DNA of 63,401 nt, filler included, from Parasitella parasitica NRRL 2501 (lineage: Eukaryota > Fungi > Mucoromycota): assembly GCA_025201805.1 (NCBI GenBank). It is 8 parts of 7 records of this genome, joined end to end, with 100 filler letters (N's around TTAATTAATTAA, not from the genome) between each part and the next. Parts side by side here need not be neighbours in the genome. Positions count along the whole stretch, not along the records: positions 18,296 to 49,155 come from MU619284.1; 7 more parts are not named here. The stretch is one strand, 5' to 3'. The position numbers and the translations under genes were made by a program. The notes beneath the pieces are model-generated. The model was not told where the DNA came from, made no database searches, and saw nothing but the letters and a program-made list of their open reading frames with translations. Shown piece after piece: positions 24,601 to 37,022 of this stretch (within the stretch, counting starts at the first letter, position 1; every line of letters starts with the position of its first letter).

Positions 24601-26001
24601 CTTTTCGAACATCGCATCAGTCTTTTTTTTTCAGGTCTTCGTCCTTCCGCTTGTAATCAACAAGATAGTTCATGGTCACTGTTGTTCCGCGCTATGGATC
24701 GTATCCCACTAGACTTCTCCTCCACCGTCATCAGCGCAGCTACCAGCTTACAGATTCCTTTAGCCTCGGTTGTTCTTTCTGTCTCCCCGAACACCAAGTT
24801 CAGGAAATCCTTTGATAAGCTGCCAGCCTCCATTGCATACACCATGGATCCTACATTGGACCACTGCCTCCGCCCAAAGTCGACTCAAGAGATCTCATCC
24901 AACCCCAACCTAGCCACATCGTTCTTGAGGTTCGTCAGACAAGATCAAATTCAGCTCGCTCCTTTCTTTGTTCGTACATTCATTCATAGAAGGTTTGCAG
25001 GAGTGGGCCGTTTTCCTTTCTCACCCGTTGGGAATCACCTCGTCGTGGATGCCTCTCCATTTGTCCAAGCTGTTTTCTCATCTTTGTCACCTACATCTCG
25101 TGTCCGCCAGCATCGTCTTTGCACTAAATCATACCGAAAACTCTGCTCACCGCCATCTGCTCCTCCTCCTTCCTTACCTCCACCTTACAACCCATCCACT
25201 CGCCCAGCATGGTCAACCTTTTGGGCTTTGCCACTATCTCACTCGTGTCGCAATGTTTGGTACCGCTTCCTCTATCATCGAATTCCTCACCGTGTTCGCT
25301 TGTATGAATGGGAGCGAGCTCCTTCACCATCTTGTGCCATCTGTCACCACCCAACCGAATCAACTGATCATTTCATGTTCTCCTGTCCTGTCAAACTTGC
25401 TGTCTGGCAACAGGTTCATCATGAGCATTTGGGTGCAGAAGCATCTATCACTTCCCTCGACCTCCATCATCTTCTTACCACCCTTCGATCACCTCATGTT
25501 CGCTCCACATCCGATCTTTGTATCATTGCTGCTACTTTAGAATCCATTTGGTTATCCCATTGGTCCTTTATCTTCAATGATACGCCATTCACCACTGCCA
25601 TTGTCCTTGCTCTGGTCGCTCACAAAATTCGTCAATACAAACAGGAATCCTTCTTAGCAGCTGGTATTCCGCACTCACCTCCTCCTTTCTTCGCTATTGA
25701 TCCTCTTTAAGGTTGAATTGCTCTCTCCTCTCTCACTGTCGTTCTGTTTCTACTGCATCATTTCGACCACTCAACCTCCCATACAAACCAATCAACAGAT
25801 CTAACTTCAACAAAAACAAGAACAAAATACAAAACCCAAAAAAAAAAAAATATGCATAATATACAAATCACAAAAAACTCGCCTTCCCCTCTTCCACTTT
25901 CAAAAATAGAAAACCCCAAAAACATTTATGTGACCTTCCTTAAATCGTTGCTCACTAATAAAACCGAGACCACCAGTCTCCATATAAACAAAAAAAAAAA
26001 A
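21677..26001 (+). mobile_element. L1/Tx1-like LINE: APE-RT-zf-RVT ORF2 (stop at 25710), 3' UTR and poly(A)
   Basis: APE and RT motifs (QGDPISP, YADD, IRYLGF) and a C-terminal CAICHHPTESTDHFMFSC zinc knuckle. One frameshift in an A7 run near 22761. AATAAA at 25957 and A12 at 25990-26001. Confidence 0.93.
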
Positions 26002-26413
26002 GGTATAAATATTTTGAAGAAGAATAAATGTATGTTTAAGGGAACGATGTAGTATAATCATTGATACAACTGGTTCTGTATAATGATGCATACAATTACA
26101 GCGACTATCTTCAAAAAGTTTTGATTTTTGCAGAAATCCTTACTTCAAGAATTATTGCTGAAAGAGAAAATGCCGCAATTAAACCTTTGACGAATTTTTC
26201 CAGCATTTTGTAGACACTCCTTGAAAATTTCAATAAAAATCGTCTGTAATCATTATAACTTCTGACCAGGAATTGGTCAACTTACTTGCAAAAGTTGGTC
26301 AACTTGCATTCTCGCACAAATGCGCAATGTTTCTCAAAAGTTCATAAATTGAGAGTGGAAGCGAAGTAATTTCAGATAAAATCAATAAAAGACTTTATTT
26401 TCTGATACAAATT

Positions 26414-27570
26414 TTAGATGGTGGGTCTGGGAGTATAGGGCTCTTCAAGATATTTGACCTCTTCCTTAGTAAGGTTCAAATCCAAAGAGCCTACTAAATC
26501 ATGCAATTGCTCAATACGAGAGGCGCCAATAATAGGTGCGGATACAAATGGCTTTGTAAACTCCCAGGCTAAAGCAACCTGAGCACTAGTGACATTGTGC
26601 CTCTTGGCAATTTCTTCAACTCTGTCAATGATGGTGTTGTTGCTCTCTTGCTGAGCTGAAGGAAACATGGAGAAACTGAATCTCGTGTTTGATCGGTCTG
26701 TATTTCTGGTCTTGCCTGTAAGAGCACCCATAGCAAGAGGAGACCAAGGAATCATACCGATACCAGCATCGGCGCAGTAGGGAACCATCTCTCTCTCTTC
26801 TTCTCTGTAAAGCAAGTTGTACAAGTTTTGCATAGAGACAAACTTGGCCCATCCATTGCGTTCAGCAATAGAGTTCAGCTTTTGGAATTGCCAAGCTGCC
26901 ATGGTCGACGCACCAATATATCTGACCTTTCCGGAGCGAACGACATCGTTGAGAGCTTGCATGATTTCTTCCATAGGTGTTTGCTATTGATCTTCAAATC
27001 AATCATCGCGTTCTATGATAATCAGGTAAAATACATACAGTATCCAAACGGTGAATTTGGTAAAGGTCAATATAGTCAACACCTAGTCTTTCTAGTGACG
27101 CATCGACAGCGTCCAAAATATGTTTGCGAGAGAGACCATAACCGTTCACCATCTCAGGATCTTTCTCGAGCCCATCCCTATTGAATGGTCTAGATGGATC
27201 GCTGTATACAGGTGCAAAGACCTTCGTAGCAATTACAACACGACTACGAGGCGCTCCAATCTCGCGCAAAGCCTTACCGAGGACACGCTCGCTTTCACCG
27301 TTTGAGTAAGTATCTGCAGTATCAAAGAAGTTTATATTCAGTCTATAAGCTTCCTTGATAAATTCAATAGACTCCTTCTCATCCTTGACCCAGGAGCTCC
27401 ATTTGGAGGTACCATACGACATACAGCCGAGACAAATACGAGAGATCTAGATTTTCCTGTAAGCATAGAAACTGGCAACTCCATCAATTAATACTCACTC
27501 GTAAGCCTGTATTTCCGAGTTGAACGTACTGCATTTCGGGCAATTTCTTGTTGTTTTCATTATCTGACAT
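26414..27570 (-). CDS. Aldo/keto reductase (aryl-alcohol dehydrogenase / YajO-like), 3 exons
   Basis: MQYVQLGNTGLR/ISRICLGCMSYG, INFFDTADTYSNGESE, SLERLGVDYIDLYQIHR, GKVRYIGAS, MQNLYNLLYREEERE, IPWSPLA. Confidence 0.92.
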
Positions 27571-29035
27571 TTTGATAGTATTCTGATATTTATACGGAAA
27601 TAAAATACAAATTAAACTAAGAAATGAGGATACGAGCTTCTTTTATGTTGGCAGGAATGTTGGCGATGAGAAATAATTACTGGTTTCACAGTTACCTTTC
27701 AAGTGGCATTGAATACGAATTATCCAAAATAGGTTCAGCTTGAAACAAGTGGCTCCCATTTTTAGACATAAATTACGTTTTGCATATACCATTTTGACAA
27801 AAATCGATTTGTCAGTACTAGATTCTGATGATAACTTTATCTCGCATATAAGCATGCATTAGTTTATGTAATATATCATTTGCTACACGGCTTACATCTC
27901 GTATTTGTTTGAATTCCAAAAGATGTCGCAAACAAAAAGTCCTACTCAACAAGGTGGTGTTGGAACATTTGACAATCTGTAACTGTCTTCATTTTCAATA
28001 TGCTTCACCTCACTTAAAAACTTTAATATAAAAAAACTATTATTATGAATTTTAATCTTTTTGACATTTCCTCTCTCATATGAGCATTAAGATATCACAT
28101 TTTTTAGGCTTCGTTTTAGATGAACCGTGGATATTGAGGACTCCGTTCCTTACCGTTTCCCATACGTTTTAGAGTCTTGAGATACGCGCTCCTATTATCA
28201 ATTGATTAAAATATTAAATAGAAAGTGTGAATGCTAACTGTATTTTCTTTAAATGAAATAAACTTATTTATGAGGTGCATCAACATTTAGCGGCTGTCAA
28301 TAAGAAAATCGTTCCCCAATTTACATTTAAACAAGTGTCTGCAATACACAAAAAGGCATTTAGATCAGGCGTTATCTAATTGATACCTCAGGGGTTTTTA
28401 TTTTTTTGCATGAAAATACAGTCTGATCCTGGTCCGGAAGACTTGAGCAGCGAAAGGGCGGGAGCTGTAGATCGCCCCCACCACATTTATGGCACCGTTT
28501 CGAAAAGTTGTAACTTAAATATGCTGATAATGATATACATTGATAGTACGCTTTCTTTAACTTATAGTAATGTTGAGATAATGCCTGTATGACGACTAAT
28601 TTTTTTTTAGGGAAATAATTACTTAATTATAGATTTAAAACATTGTTTTATCAAACAGGCATTGTATTTGCTGCCTGGGAAATTTGATCTACAGCTTCCG
28701 TAACGGCTAAAGGAAGATGGAAAGGCAGATCCAAATTTAGAAAATTTAATACGGCTTTTATGTAATAAGCTTTTAGTTCAACAATGGGGATTTTCGCACG
28801 CCAAAGGGATGTTCGGTCAAGGTTATGATAAATCCATTACTCGATATGGAAGGAAATATACTCTGATTGGCTGTAGCTGACAAATGCTTTAAAAGAAACA
28901 AGTTCACTATAGCCTGATTGGGCAAATTGAATGCTTGATGCAACAGTGTATAAAAGCTAGCATCACTCTTTTCTTCGTTCATATTCTCTTTTCATATTTT
29001 TTCATATTTTTTAACGGTTTGCTCATAAATTCATT

Positions 29036-30478
29036 ATGTCTAGTGTATCAAAGCTCGCACAATTCGGCAAAAAGCACATTGCTCATGGTATCGGTAGATC
29101 CACAGAACTTGTCATCGAAAAGGCAAAGGGAACCTACGTTTATACTGTTGAGGGCAAGAAATACCTTGACCTTACCACCGGGATCGGCGTCACCAACACT
29201 GGTAAAGTATTTGCTCTTTGGTAAACAAGACTGAGACTAATCACGCGTTTGATGCAATTAGGCCACTGCCATCCTACAGTTGTGAAGGCAGTTCAGGAGC
29301 AAGTAGCCAATATGTCGCATGGCCAAGTCAACATCTTCTATCAAAAACCTATGCTCGATCTTATTGAAGGTTTGTTGCCCAGGATGCCTTCCCCCAAACT
29401 TGACACATTCTTCTTCTGGAATTCTGGTTCCGAGGCTGTTGAAGCTGCTGTCAAGGTTGCTCGTCATGCCACCAAGAAACAAAACATCATTGTCTTCCAG
29501 GGCTCTTATCACGGCCGTACCTTTGGTACCATGGCCTTGACCACCTCCAAAACCATATACAGCGCTGGTTTCTCTCCCTTGATGCCTGGCGTACATGTTG
29601 CACCTTATCCTTACTTCCAGCAATGGTCTGCTCACAAGGCTGATCCCAAGAAATTCACTCCTGAATGGTGTGGTGAAGAAGCCCTGCATCAACTTGAGCT
29701 TTTATTAAAGCAACGCTCTGATCCTCAAGATACCGCTGCTATTTTAATCGAGCCTGTTCAAGGCGAAGGTGGTTATGTTGTCCCTCCCAAGAGTAAGTAT
29801 TGTCTTTTTTTGTAAGGATCTCAGAGAATAACGTTCATGTGTGCGTTGTTAGATTTCTTGGAAGGTCTCCGTAAAATCTGTGACAAGAATGACATCTTGT
29901 TGATCTGCGATGAAGTGCAATCTGGCTTTGGTCGTACTGGTAAGATGTTTGCTGTTGAGCATTTCGGTATTGTTCCCGATATTTTAGTCATGGCCAAGGG
30001 TATTGCCTCTGGCTATCCTCTCTCTGCTATTGTCTCCCGCAAGGAAATCATGGATAAGCAACCTGCTGGTTCCATGGGAGGCACTTATTCAGGCAATGCT
30101 GTCTCCTGTGCTGCGGCCAAGGCAACTCTTCAAATTTTTGACGAGGAGAAGCTTTTGGACAACTGTAATACTCGCTCTGAGCAATTTTTCAAGGGTTTGA
30201 GAGAAAAAATTCCTGCACTTTTGCCTGAGGGTGTCACTGTTGACATCCGTGGTAAGGGTTTGATGATTGGTATTGAATTTATGGGTGTCCCTAAAGGGTT
30301 CGCCAACAGCATTGCTTCTGAAGCATTAAACCTTGATACCATCTTATTAACCACATCAATCTACGAGACTCTTCGTTTAATTCCTCCTCTCACTATCACC
30401 GAACAAGAGACTGACATTGCTCTCGAAAAGGTTGTTGCTAGTGTTGCCGCCGCCGTTGAGAATCTCAAGAAGGCTTAA
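29036..30478 (+). CDS. Class-III PLP aminotransferase, GabT-like (putative 4-aminobutyrate aminotransferase), 3 exons
   Basis: YLDLTTGIGVTNTGHCHP, NSGSEAVE, YHGRT, EPVQGEGG, DEVQSGFGRTG, MAKGIASGYPL, GGTYSGN. Confidence 0.88.
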
Positions 30479-32045
30479 AATCCCTTTGGCTGTATTCGCT
30501 TTTTTCCGCTCCCACTAGATATTTTATTCATTTTCTGTATTTAAATCAACACAAAGTCGTTTTCAACGTTGAATAAACCATTTTATTGTATGTACCATTC
30601 TTTTACTTTCTAAATGAAATTAGACGTAAATATGGGTTAAAAAGACCGATTGTTATCAGAAATTGAATGCTGGTAAAGGCTGAGCAACTTTCGTCACAGT
30701 TCAAACAACAAGTTTCGACATCAGAGCCACCAAAACTTACTTGACTTTTAAGATAAGCTCTGGTTTAAGAAGCAATAGAGCTCAGTTTTTTCTATAATTA
30801 CAGCAACGTGCGGTCATACAAAAGATGCCAAACAGATTTCAAAATAAACCTTTGCAGTAGAAATAATTATACATTTATGGCAGGTTGGTTGGGAGTTGCC
30901 TTGGCAGGGTTGCTCGCGGCAACCAGCGACTTGAAAGAAATCCAATTGATCGTATATTTTGCAGTTCTGCAATGGATCTTGAAATTATCAGGCTTATCCA
31001 CAGAATTCGCGTATTTTAAACAAAAGCTACAACAAGACTTGTGAATTCATACATATATTTAAGAGACTGAAATAACCATGAACAATAGATATCCCTCACA
31101 AAGATAGCAGTGCATATTTCCATATAGGCAGCTAAAAAAATTAGACTACTAGATATCTCGAACAATCAGAAAGCAAGGAGATATTGCTGTGCCTCCAGTC
31201 TCAATTTCCCAGTGATAAAAATTAGTTTGCCTAAATGTTTGAAGGTAATTTGCCAAAGTTCTTCAAAATAATTTGGCCAACCTTATGGTTAAAAAATTCT
31301 GTAAATGTTCAACAGGAACTTTTTCACTACCTTCTGTAACTCTTGTAGTAAGAGATTCAAGTGCGTTAATATGACAAGTTGATAACATAAGATGGTGATA
31401 AATGCAAATAAGGTATAAAAATACATATTGGGCTTGCTAAAATTTCTTTAATAAGTGTGGCTATGAATTATATGTGTTTAGTTTTAAGTTTATCGTGTCA
31501 ATGTTCATAATGGTATGCCACACTTGTTAATACGTTCTTAAAAAAGCTGTAGAGGATCTTTTCTATTATTTTTAAGATTTACATTAATACATTGATAAAA
31601 CCACATTTATCAGCTTTCGGAATTGCAAGTTTGTCTGATTACAAGCGTCTAGTAATGTTGATGTGATGGGGGTTTCAACGCTTTCTTTCTCTATCTGTTC
31701 TTTGACAATTTTGTACAATTTTTATATTGCTATATCCTCTTTGTGCAGTGATAATCAATGATCAACAATGGCCGGAGTGAAGGTCGTCTACTATCCTCTT
31801 CGATCGTATCGCGATCAAAGATAAAACAACCTTGCTTTACAAAGGAATACTGCATTGCTTCAAAGTCTGATGGAATATAATTGCAAGTTCTTCCAAAGCC
31901 AAATATAAAAATTACTGGCTTGATTTTGGGCTCTTTTTTTTACATTTAATGAGTATTTGCGCAGATTGTTGGATATAAAAAATAAAACCAGAGGTTAACG
32001 AGATACGAAAACTTAAAGATATTTTGTTTAAGATTTAAAACTACA

Positions 32046-32341
32046 TAAATTAATGGTGACTTATTTAGATTACTAATTGACAATACTGATTCACAGTGCC
32101 AATCTACTTGATAGGTACGATGTAAGGTTATACCACAAGGGCCACACGTCTTTGATCTGACAGTGCCTTAACCATCATCCTGGTGCTCAGATCTGTGTTA
32201 CTTACAGGAATAACCTTCTTGATTTGAAACAGAGATTTTATTCTCCAGTTTACACAAGCGTATCACATCATATCGTTGAACAATCTTCAATCTTCAATTG
32301 AAGTACATTGCCATGATCTCCTGTCTATAATTATGGCAGAT
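32046..32341 (+). repeat. Dispersed ~300-bp repeat, copy A
   Basis: Aligns by eye with the reverse complement of 50079-50386 and with 59491-59590. Confidence 0.85.
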
Positions 32342-32773
32342 TACATAGACCCAGAAACATTTTTAGTTAATCCTGTCACCTTGGAAGAAGCTATTCTATG
32401 GACAGCAAGGGCGGTAATGTCTTATACTTGGTATACGACATCATATGCAAGCATGAGCAGAGATGCCTAGTAGATTAAGATGAATTTATTTAGGGATGAT
32501 GCCAAAGAGACATGGGTGGTGCGATTGAATGACAGGCCTTTATCCTAGTACAAAATGGTGATAGATTTTGGCATTTTGTTTCTAAAAAATAGTGTTAAAT
32601 CCTAATGAATATTCTTCTATTAAATCTACTAAGAAGAACATTATATATCACGAATTTTTATATCAGAATTACATATAATCAATGATAAGCATTGATAAAG
32701 AGCAAAATAACCATTGTCTTATGCGCTATAAAATCAGGCACAATCATCGCTATTTGAGCATAACTTAATTTTG

Positions 32774-33279
32774 CAAGCTTTTAATCGAGATTATTGCCAA
32801 GCTCGACTGACCCTGCGCAGCTTTTATCACAGCAACAGCAAAGTACAAAGAGAGCCAGGAGGTTGGAGATCACAAAGAACAAGTATCACGATTGACTTTC
32901 GTCGTTAGAGAAAAAGTTCCCTGGCTCTCCTAATCCCATCATGCTGATAGGCGATCGAGGACACGGTATAAGTTCCCCTATCAAGCCTCACCAGAGATGG
33001 GGTGGCTCTTCTAGCACTCTAGATAGATTTACGCCTGTATTCGTCACCAACGAGCACAACAGCCGGCAAACATGCCTTTGGTGCTTTCGAAAACTCTCCC
33101 ATCCTTATATCACATCTCAAGGCATCGCAAAGACTACCAGTGGCTCCTTTCTATGCCTGAAGAAGAGCTGCTCAAACAAATATAGGGTGTTGAGTAGGAA
33201 TCAAGTGTCGGCTTTGGCTATTGGCCTCGCTGGCTCAGCTTCTCTTTGGTGTTACTTTTCCCTGCTTTCCATCTGTTAA
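32774..33279 (+). pseudogene. Decayed Fanzor1/TnpB-like RNA-guided nuclease, C-terminal RuvC and Zn-finger part
   Basis: LRSFYHS...RRLEITKNKYHD*...IMLIGDRGHGISSPIKPHQRWGG...VFVTNEHNSRQTCLWCF...GSFLCLKKSC...SRNQVSALAIGLAG. This is the RuvC-II Glu, a CxxC/CxxxxC finger and an RuvC-III RD changed to RN. In-frame TGA at 32893 and frameshifts. Confidence 0.78.
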
Positions 33280-33558
33280 TGCTAAAGTTTGATTTTTTTT
33301 TCAAACTATTCAGTACTGATGAATATTAAAGCGAAAAGCGATTTACCCAAAGATGTGGCAATCGAAGGTTTTCCAAAGACATTGATAACTTACCAAAGCA
33401 CGAAAAAGAACACTCACCAGCAGATGCTAAAGGTTTTAAATCATGCTTATAGTCTAAATATGCTTCTTGTCTTTATGCTGAGATTGTCTAGTCTGTGCTA
33501 ATATACTGATTTAAAACACGTTATGATAAACCCGTAGTGTGCTGGATTTTTGCTGTGA

Positions 33559-35251
33559 ATGATGCCATCGGTGAGCCTAGTGCTATACGGAGTCTTTTCA
33601 AAAGCAACCTGCCATGCCTTGGAGGTGACCCTCATTACCATTCGATGTGTACTTGTGTATGTCAATTCTGAGATGCAGCAAATACTTTGTTTTCGAAGAA
33701 TGAAAGATTCAGATCAGGGCCGATCTCCATTGTTCTATTTAACAAATGTATAAATTCTCTTGACATTCTTTATTCAGGCACAATTTTCCAGCCTAATATA
33801 TATGTATTTAAATGAAAAATACAGCAAGGGTTTCCCTAACAATCCCCTTTGATATTATATGGGGGAACAATAGTATGGAACAAAATTAATTATAAACGCA
33901 ATTTTCAACGGAGACGCCCAGTTTGTAACTAACTGCAAACGAAAAATTAATTTGAATTAGGGTTGCTGATTCTCGAGGATACGACATAGCTAATTTCAAT
34001 ACCTACTCAACTGCTCAAACATGTACGATATTCTTGGGCCAATTATCTGATCCAAATGCCATGTTTTTTGGATTAGGAAACTGGAATGGACCTCAGGGGA
34101 GGATATGGCCTAATAAAACTATCTTCAATGTTGGTTGCTTTCGTAGCTTGTGTGAAATGGCTATCTAAAACATAATTTGAATACAGATACCCGTGCTTGT
34201 AAATTCCACTATTACACTTGTTGATAAGCAACTCAGTCTAAAGGCATGCACTTCTATAATGAATTTTTATCCATCAGATGCAAACGGACATTATGTGGAA
34301 GGAGGAACGTTCACCCTATATCGAAATACAGGTGGGAGGGTTGGTGGTGCTGTTTTGGCACCTACAGGCATACTACATTTCTTATTATATTCACTCTTTC
34401 GTATCTCACGTTTGTCTGGCTTATTACAATAAATATATAGCTAATGTGATTGATAGCAGCACAGGAGCTTTTGCCGGTCAGCTTATAACCAGCAATCATA
34501 AATGGAATGCCAATGGTGTCTTCATCTACGATTATGCAGCAGCTGGAGACTCATGTTCTTACTTTAATGGGTGCTTCCCAATAGTAAATGTCACTACCCC
34601 AAAGAAACTAGATTCTTTTCAAACAAATAGCAAAAGTAGCGATAGCAGCACCAGTTTTAGTGCAAGTAGCACCAGCAGCAGCGAATGTAATACTAGTAGC
34701 ACTATTAGCGAATTCTTGTCTTTTAGCCCAACTGCTAACTCCTCGTCTCCAATCATAATGAAAGCACTAGCGACAATAGTAGTTTACTATCCACCTCAAC
34801 TTCATCTGGTTTTTCCAGCTCTACTGGTGATAGCTCATATTTTAGCACTGACTCAAGTTTTGATCAGTAGCGCCAGCAGTTCATCATTAACTTGATTCAA
34901 GCTCGTCTTGTTTCAGCCAGACTTTCATAGACAGTTTGAGTGCTACTAGCTTTAGCAGCAAAAGCTCCAATAGTGTAAATACTTTGAGCGAAAAAATCAC
35001 AAGTTGAATACAAGGTTCGAGTGCTGCTTTTACATCCTCTAACATCATGTAACGCAGCAAAAGCATTAGGCCGACAGAACTTGGATCTTCCTCTTCCAAC
35101 ACAAACAGTGTACTTGTCAGCATCATCGCGACATCAAACACATGTGCGACATGTACGCCCTCAGAAACAAGCAAACTGTCATCAAGCAAACTTTCTAATA
35201 TATACATACAAAGATCCTAAAATTGGCCGAGCATACCTAAAATGCAAATAA
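33559..35251 (+). pseudogene. Degenerate secreted surface-protein gene (putative choice-of-anchor-A-like adhesive domain plus S/T stalk)
   Basis: Fragments LSDPNAMFFGLGNWNGPQ, IMNFYPSDANGHYVEGGTFTLYRNTGGRVGGAVLAPTG and VIDSSTGAFAGQLI...IYDYAAAGDSCSYFNGCFP, followed by a Ser-rich tract that changes frame. The family assignment is from memory and the boundaries are approximate. Confidence 0.5.
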
Positions 35252-35846
35252 TAACGTTCAATAGCTAGCGTTATATCTTATCCTCAGCCAATTTACAACG
35301 CCAATCATCATGCACATCATAAATTCTACAGACATGACACTCATTATCACGACGATGTTGGATATAGGTGTGATTTCAGAGACTATATCACTGACAGGCA
35401 TGACATTACTAATGAAGGCTGAATTGATATCTGTTATCGAGTCTTTATGAGCGACGAAGAGCCTATTATTAATTCCTTCCTCGACTCGTCTTAACCAAAA
35501 TTAGTTGGATTGATGCTCTGCATCCGTTCTCTCTCTAGAATACCGTCAAACTTTGTTTGGCGGTATTGGCCGTAAGGTATTTGAGAACCGTTAATGTCGA
35601 CGTCGATCCAAATATACTCGACAACGGCAATTTTGATTTTGAAAAAGAGTTGATAGACGAATACAGACTTTGATTAAAAACTTGAAATAGACTTTGGCAT
35701 CTGTACTCTTCCAGGTAAATGTTTAGTAAGGTTGGTTATTTTACATGCTGCATAATGAGACTTGTTTCTTTGCATAAAAACCAGCGCCAACTCGATAGAC
35801 TGGTCGGTTCCCTTATTTTTCATTACTCATACAACTTTAGGCTTTC

Positions 35847-37022
35847 ATGCGATTCGTGAAGATATTCTTGATTTTAGGCGTGCTAATACTACTTTCGTTG
35901 CGATTCTCGGGATTTCATGGTAACTCAACTCAACAAATCAGACTGAAAAACCAGCTCGAGCCCTTTTCGCTTTCTCGTAGAATCAAATGGAAATGTATAA
36001 ATGCTTTCAAAAGTGTGTTCACTCATGCTAAATGTGCCTGCTATTCAGCAAGCCTGGATATCAAATACAAGACACTCGTTTTCATGGACACCATTTATTT
36101 CATCTACACCTTAGGGACAGACAAGAAGATACAAACTACCCCGCCAGCGCTACCGATAAACAAGGCTACGCAGAATAAAACCTACAGTGAGCTCCTTGTG
36201 CAATTATCACCATACGAGAGACGAGTTGCAAACCGCTACTTGATTCAATGGCAAGACAACTCGACAAGATTTTCCAACTACTTTTCTAAAAAGACCAAAT
36301 CACAAGCGGAAGAATGGGAGGCCCTAGTTGCTTCATGGAATACGCCTCTGCAAGTGCCCGAACACGAGCAGCCTTATCATTGTCAGCAGCACAAACAAGA
36401 CCAAAAGCTATCAAGTTTACATCTAGAACATAGCTGGAAAATGATGGTCAGAGATGTTGAAAACCTGTACTGGAAACATTATTACCAAAACCTGAATTTT
36501 CAGTTTCGTGATTGGATCTCTGCAAAACTATTTCCACATGAAAACCACACAGCATTTCATCAAATACAACTTCTACTGCAAGCCCAAAGGAACGAAAGTT
36601 TATATTATACCAGGGTGTTTATGCTTGCAAAGCTTCATAACACCAAAAAAAGCGTCGATACACAGTTACACACCGCTTACCATGCTTTGAATGAATCCAT
36701 CTACATGGAAAGAGGCCTTTACTATGACACGCTGCATCCAGACAAAAATTATACCATCAACATTAAACGAACAGAATACAAGTCCACATCAAGGAAAATG
36801 AAAGAAATCTGGATTGATTGGCCTCAAGCTTACCTTAAACATACAGAACTTCAGAGTTGCAGTCGAAGATTCCAAGCTATTTTACAACAGATCTGGGATG
36901 TATGCTTGTATCTTATTAAAAAATGGCGTGAAATGAGACGGGCACAAATGAGACGACTTTTACATCGATTCCATAGTGTGCAACCAAGGCTAGAAGGTAT
37001 CCGTGCGTACTTATTTGAATGA
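35847..37022 (+). CDS. Hypothetical protein with an N-terminal hydrophobic segment (possibly 1-2 in-frame introns)
   Basis: 391-aa ATG ORF in AT-rich DNA starting MRFVKIFLILGVLILLSL; no family recognised. Confidence 0.6.
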   Translation: MRFVKIFLILGVLILLSLRFSGFHGNSTQQIRLKNQLEPFSLSRRIKWKCINAFKSVFTHAKCACYSASLDIKYKTLVFMDTIYFIYTLGTDKKIQTTPPALPINKATQNKTYSELLVQLSPYERRVANRYLIQWQDNSTRFSNYFSKKTKSQAEEWEALVASWNTPLQVPEHEQPYHCQQHKQDQKLSSLHLEHSWKMMVRDVENLYWKHYYQNLNFQFRDWISAKLFPHENHTAFHQIQLLLQAQRNESLYYTRVFMLAKLHNTKKSVDTQLHTAYHALNESIYMERGLYYDTLHPDKNYTINIKRTEYKSTSRKMKEIWIDWPQAYLKHTELQSCSRRFQAILQQIWDVCLYLIKKWREMRRAQMRRLLHRFHSVQPRLEGIRAYLFE

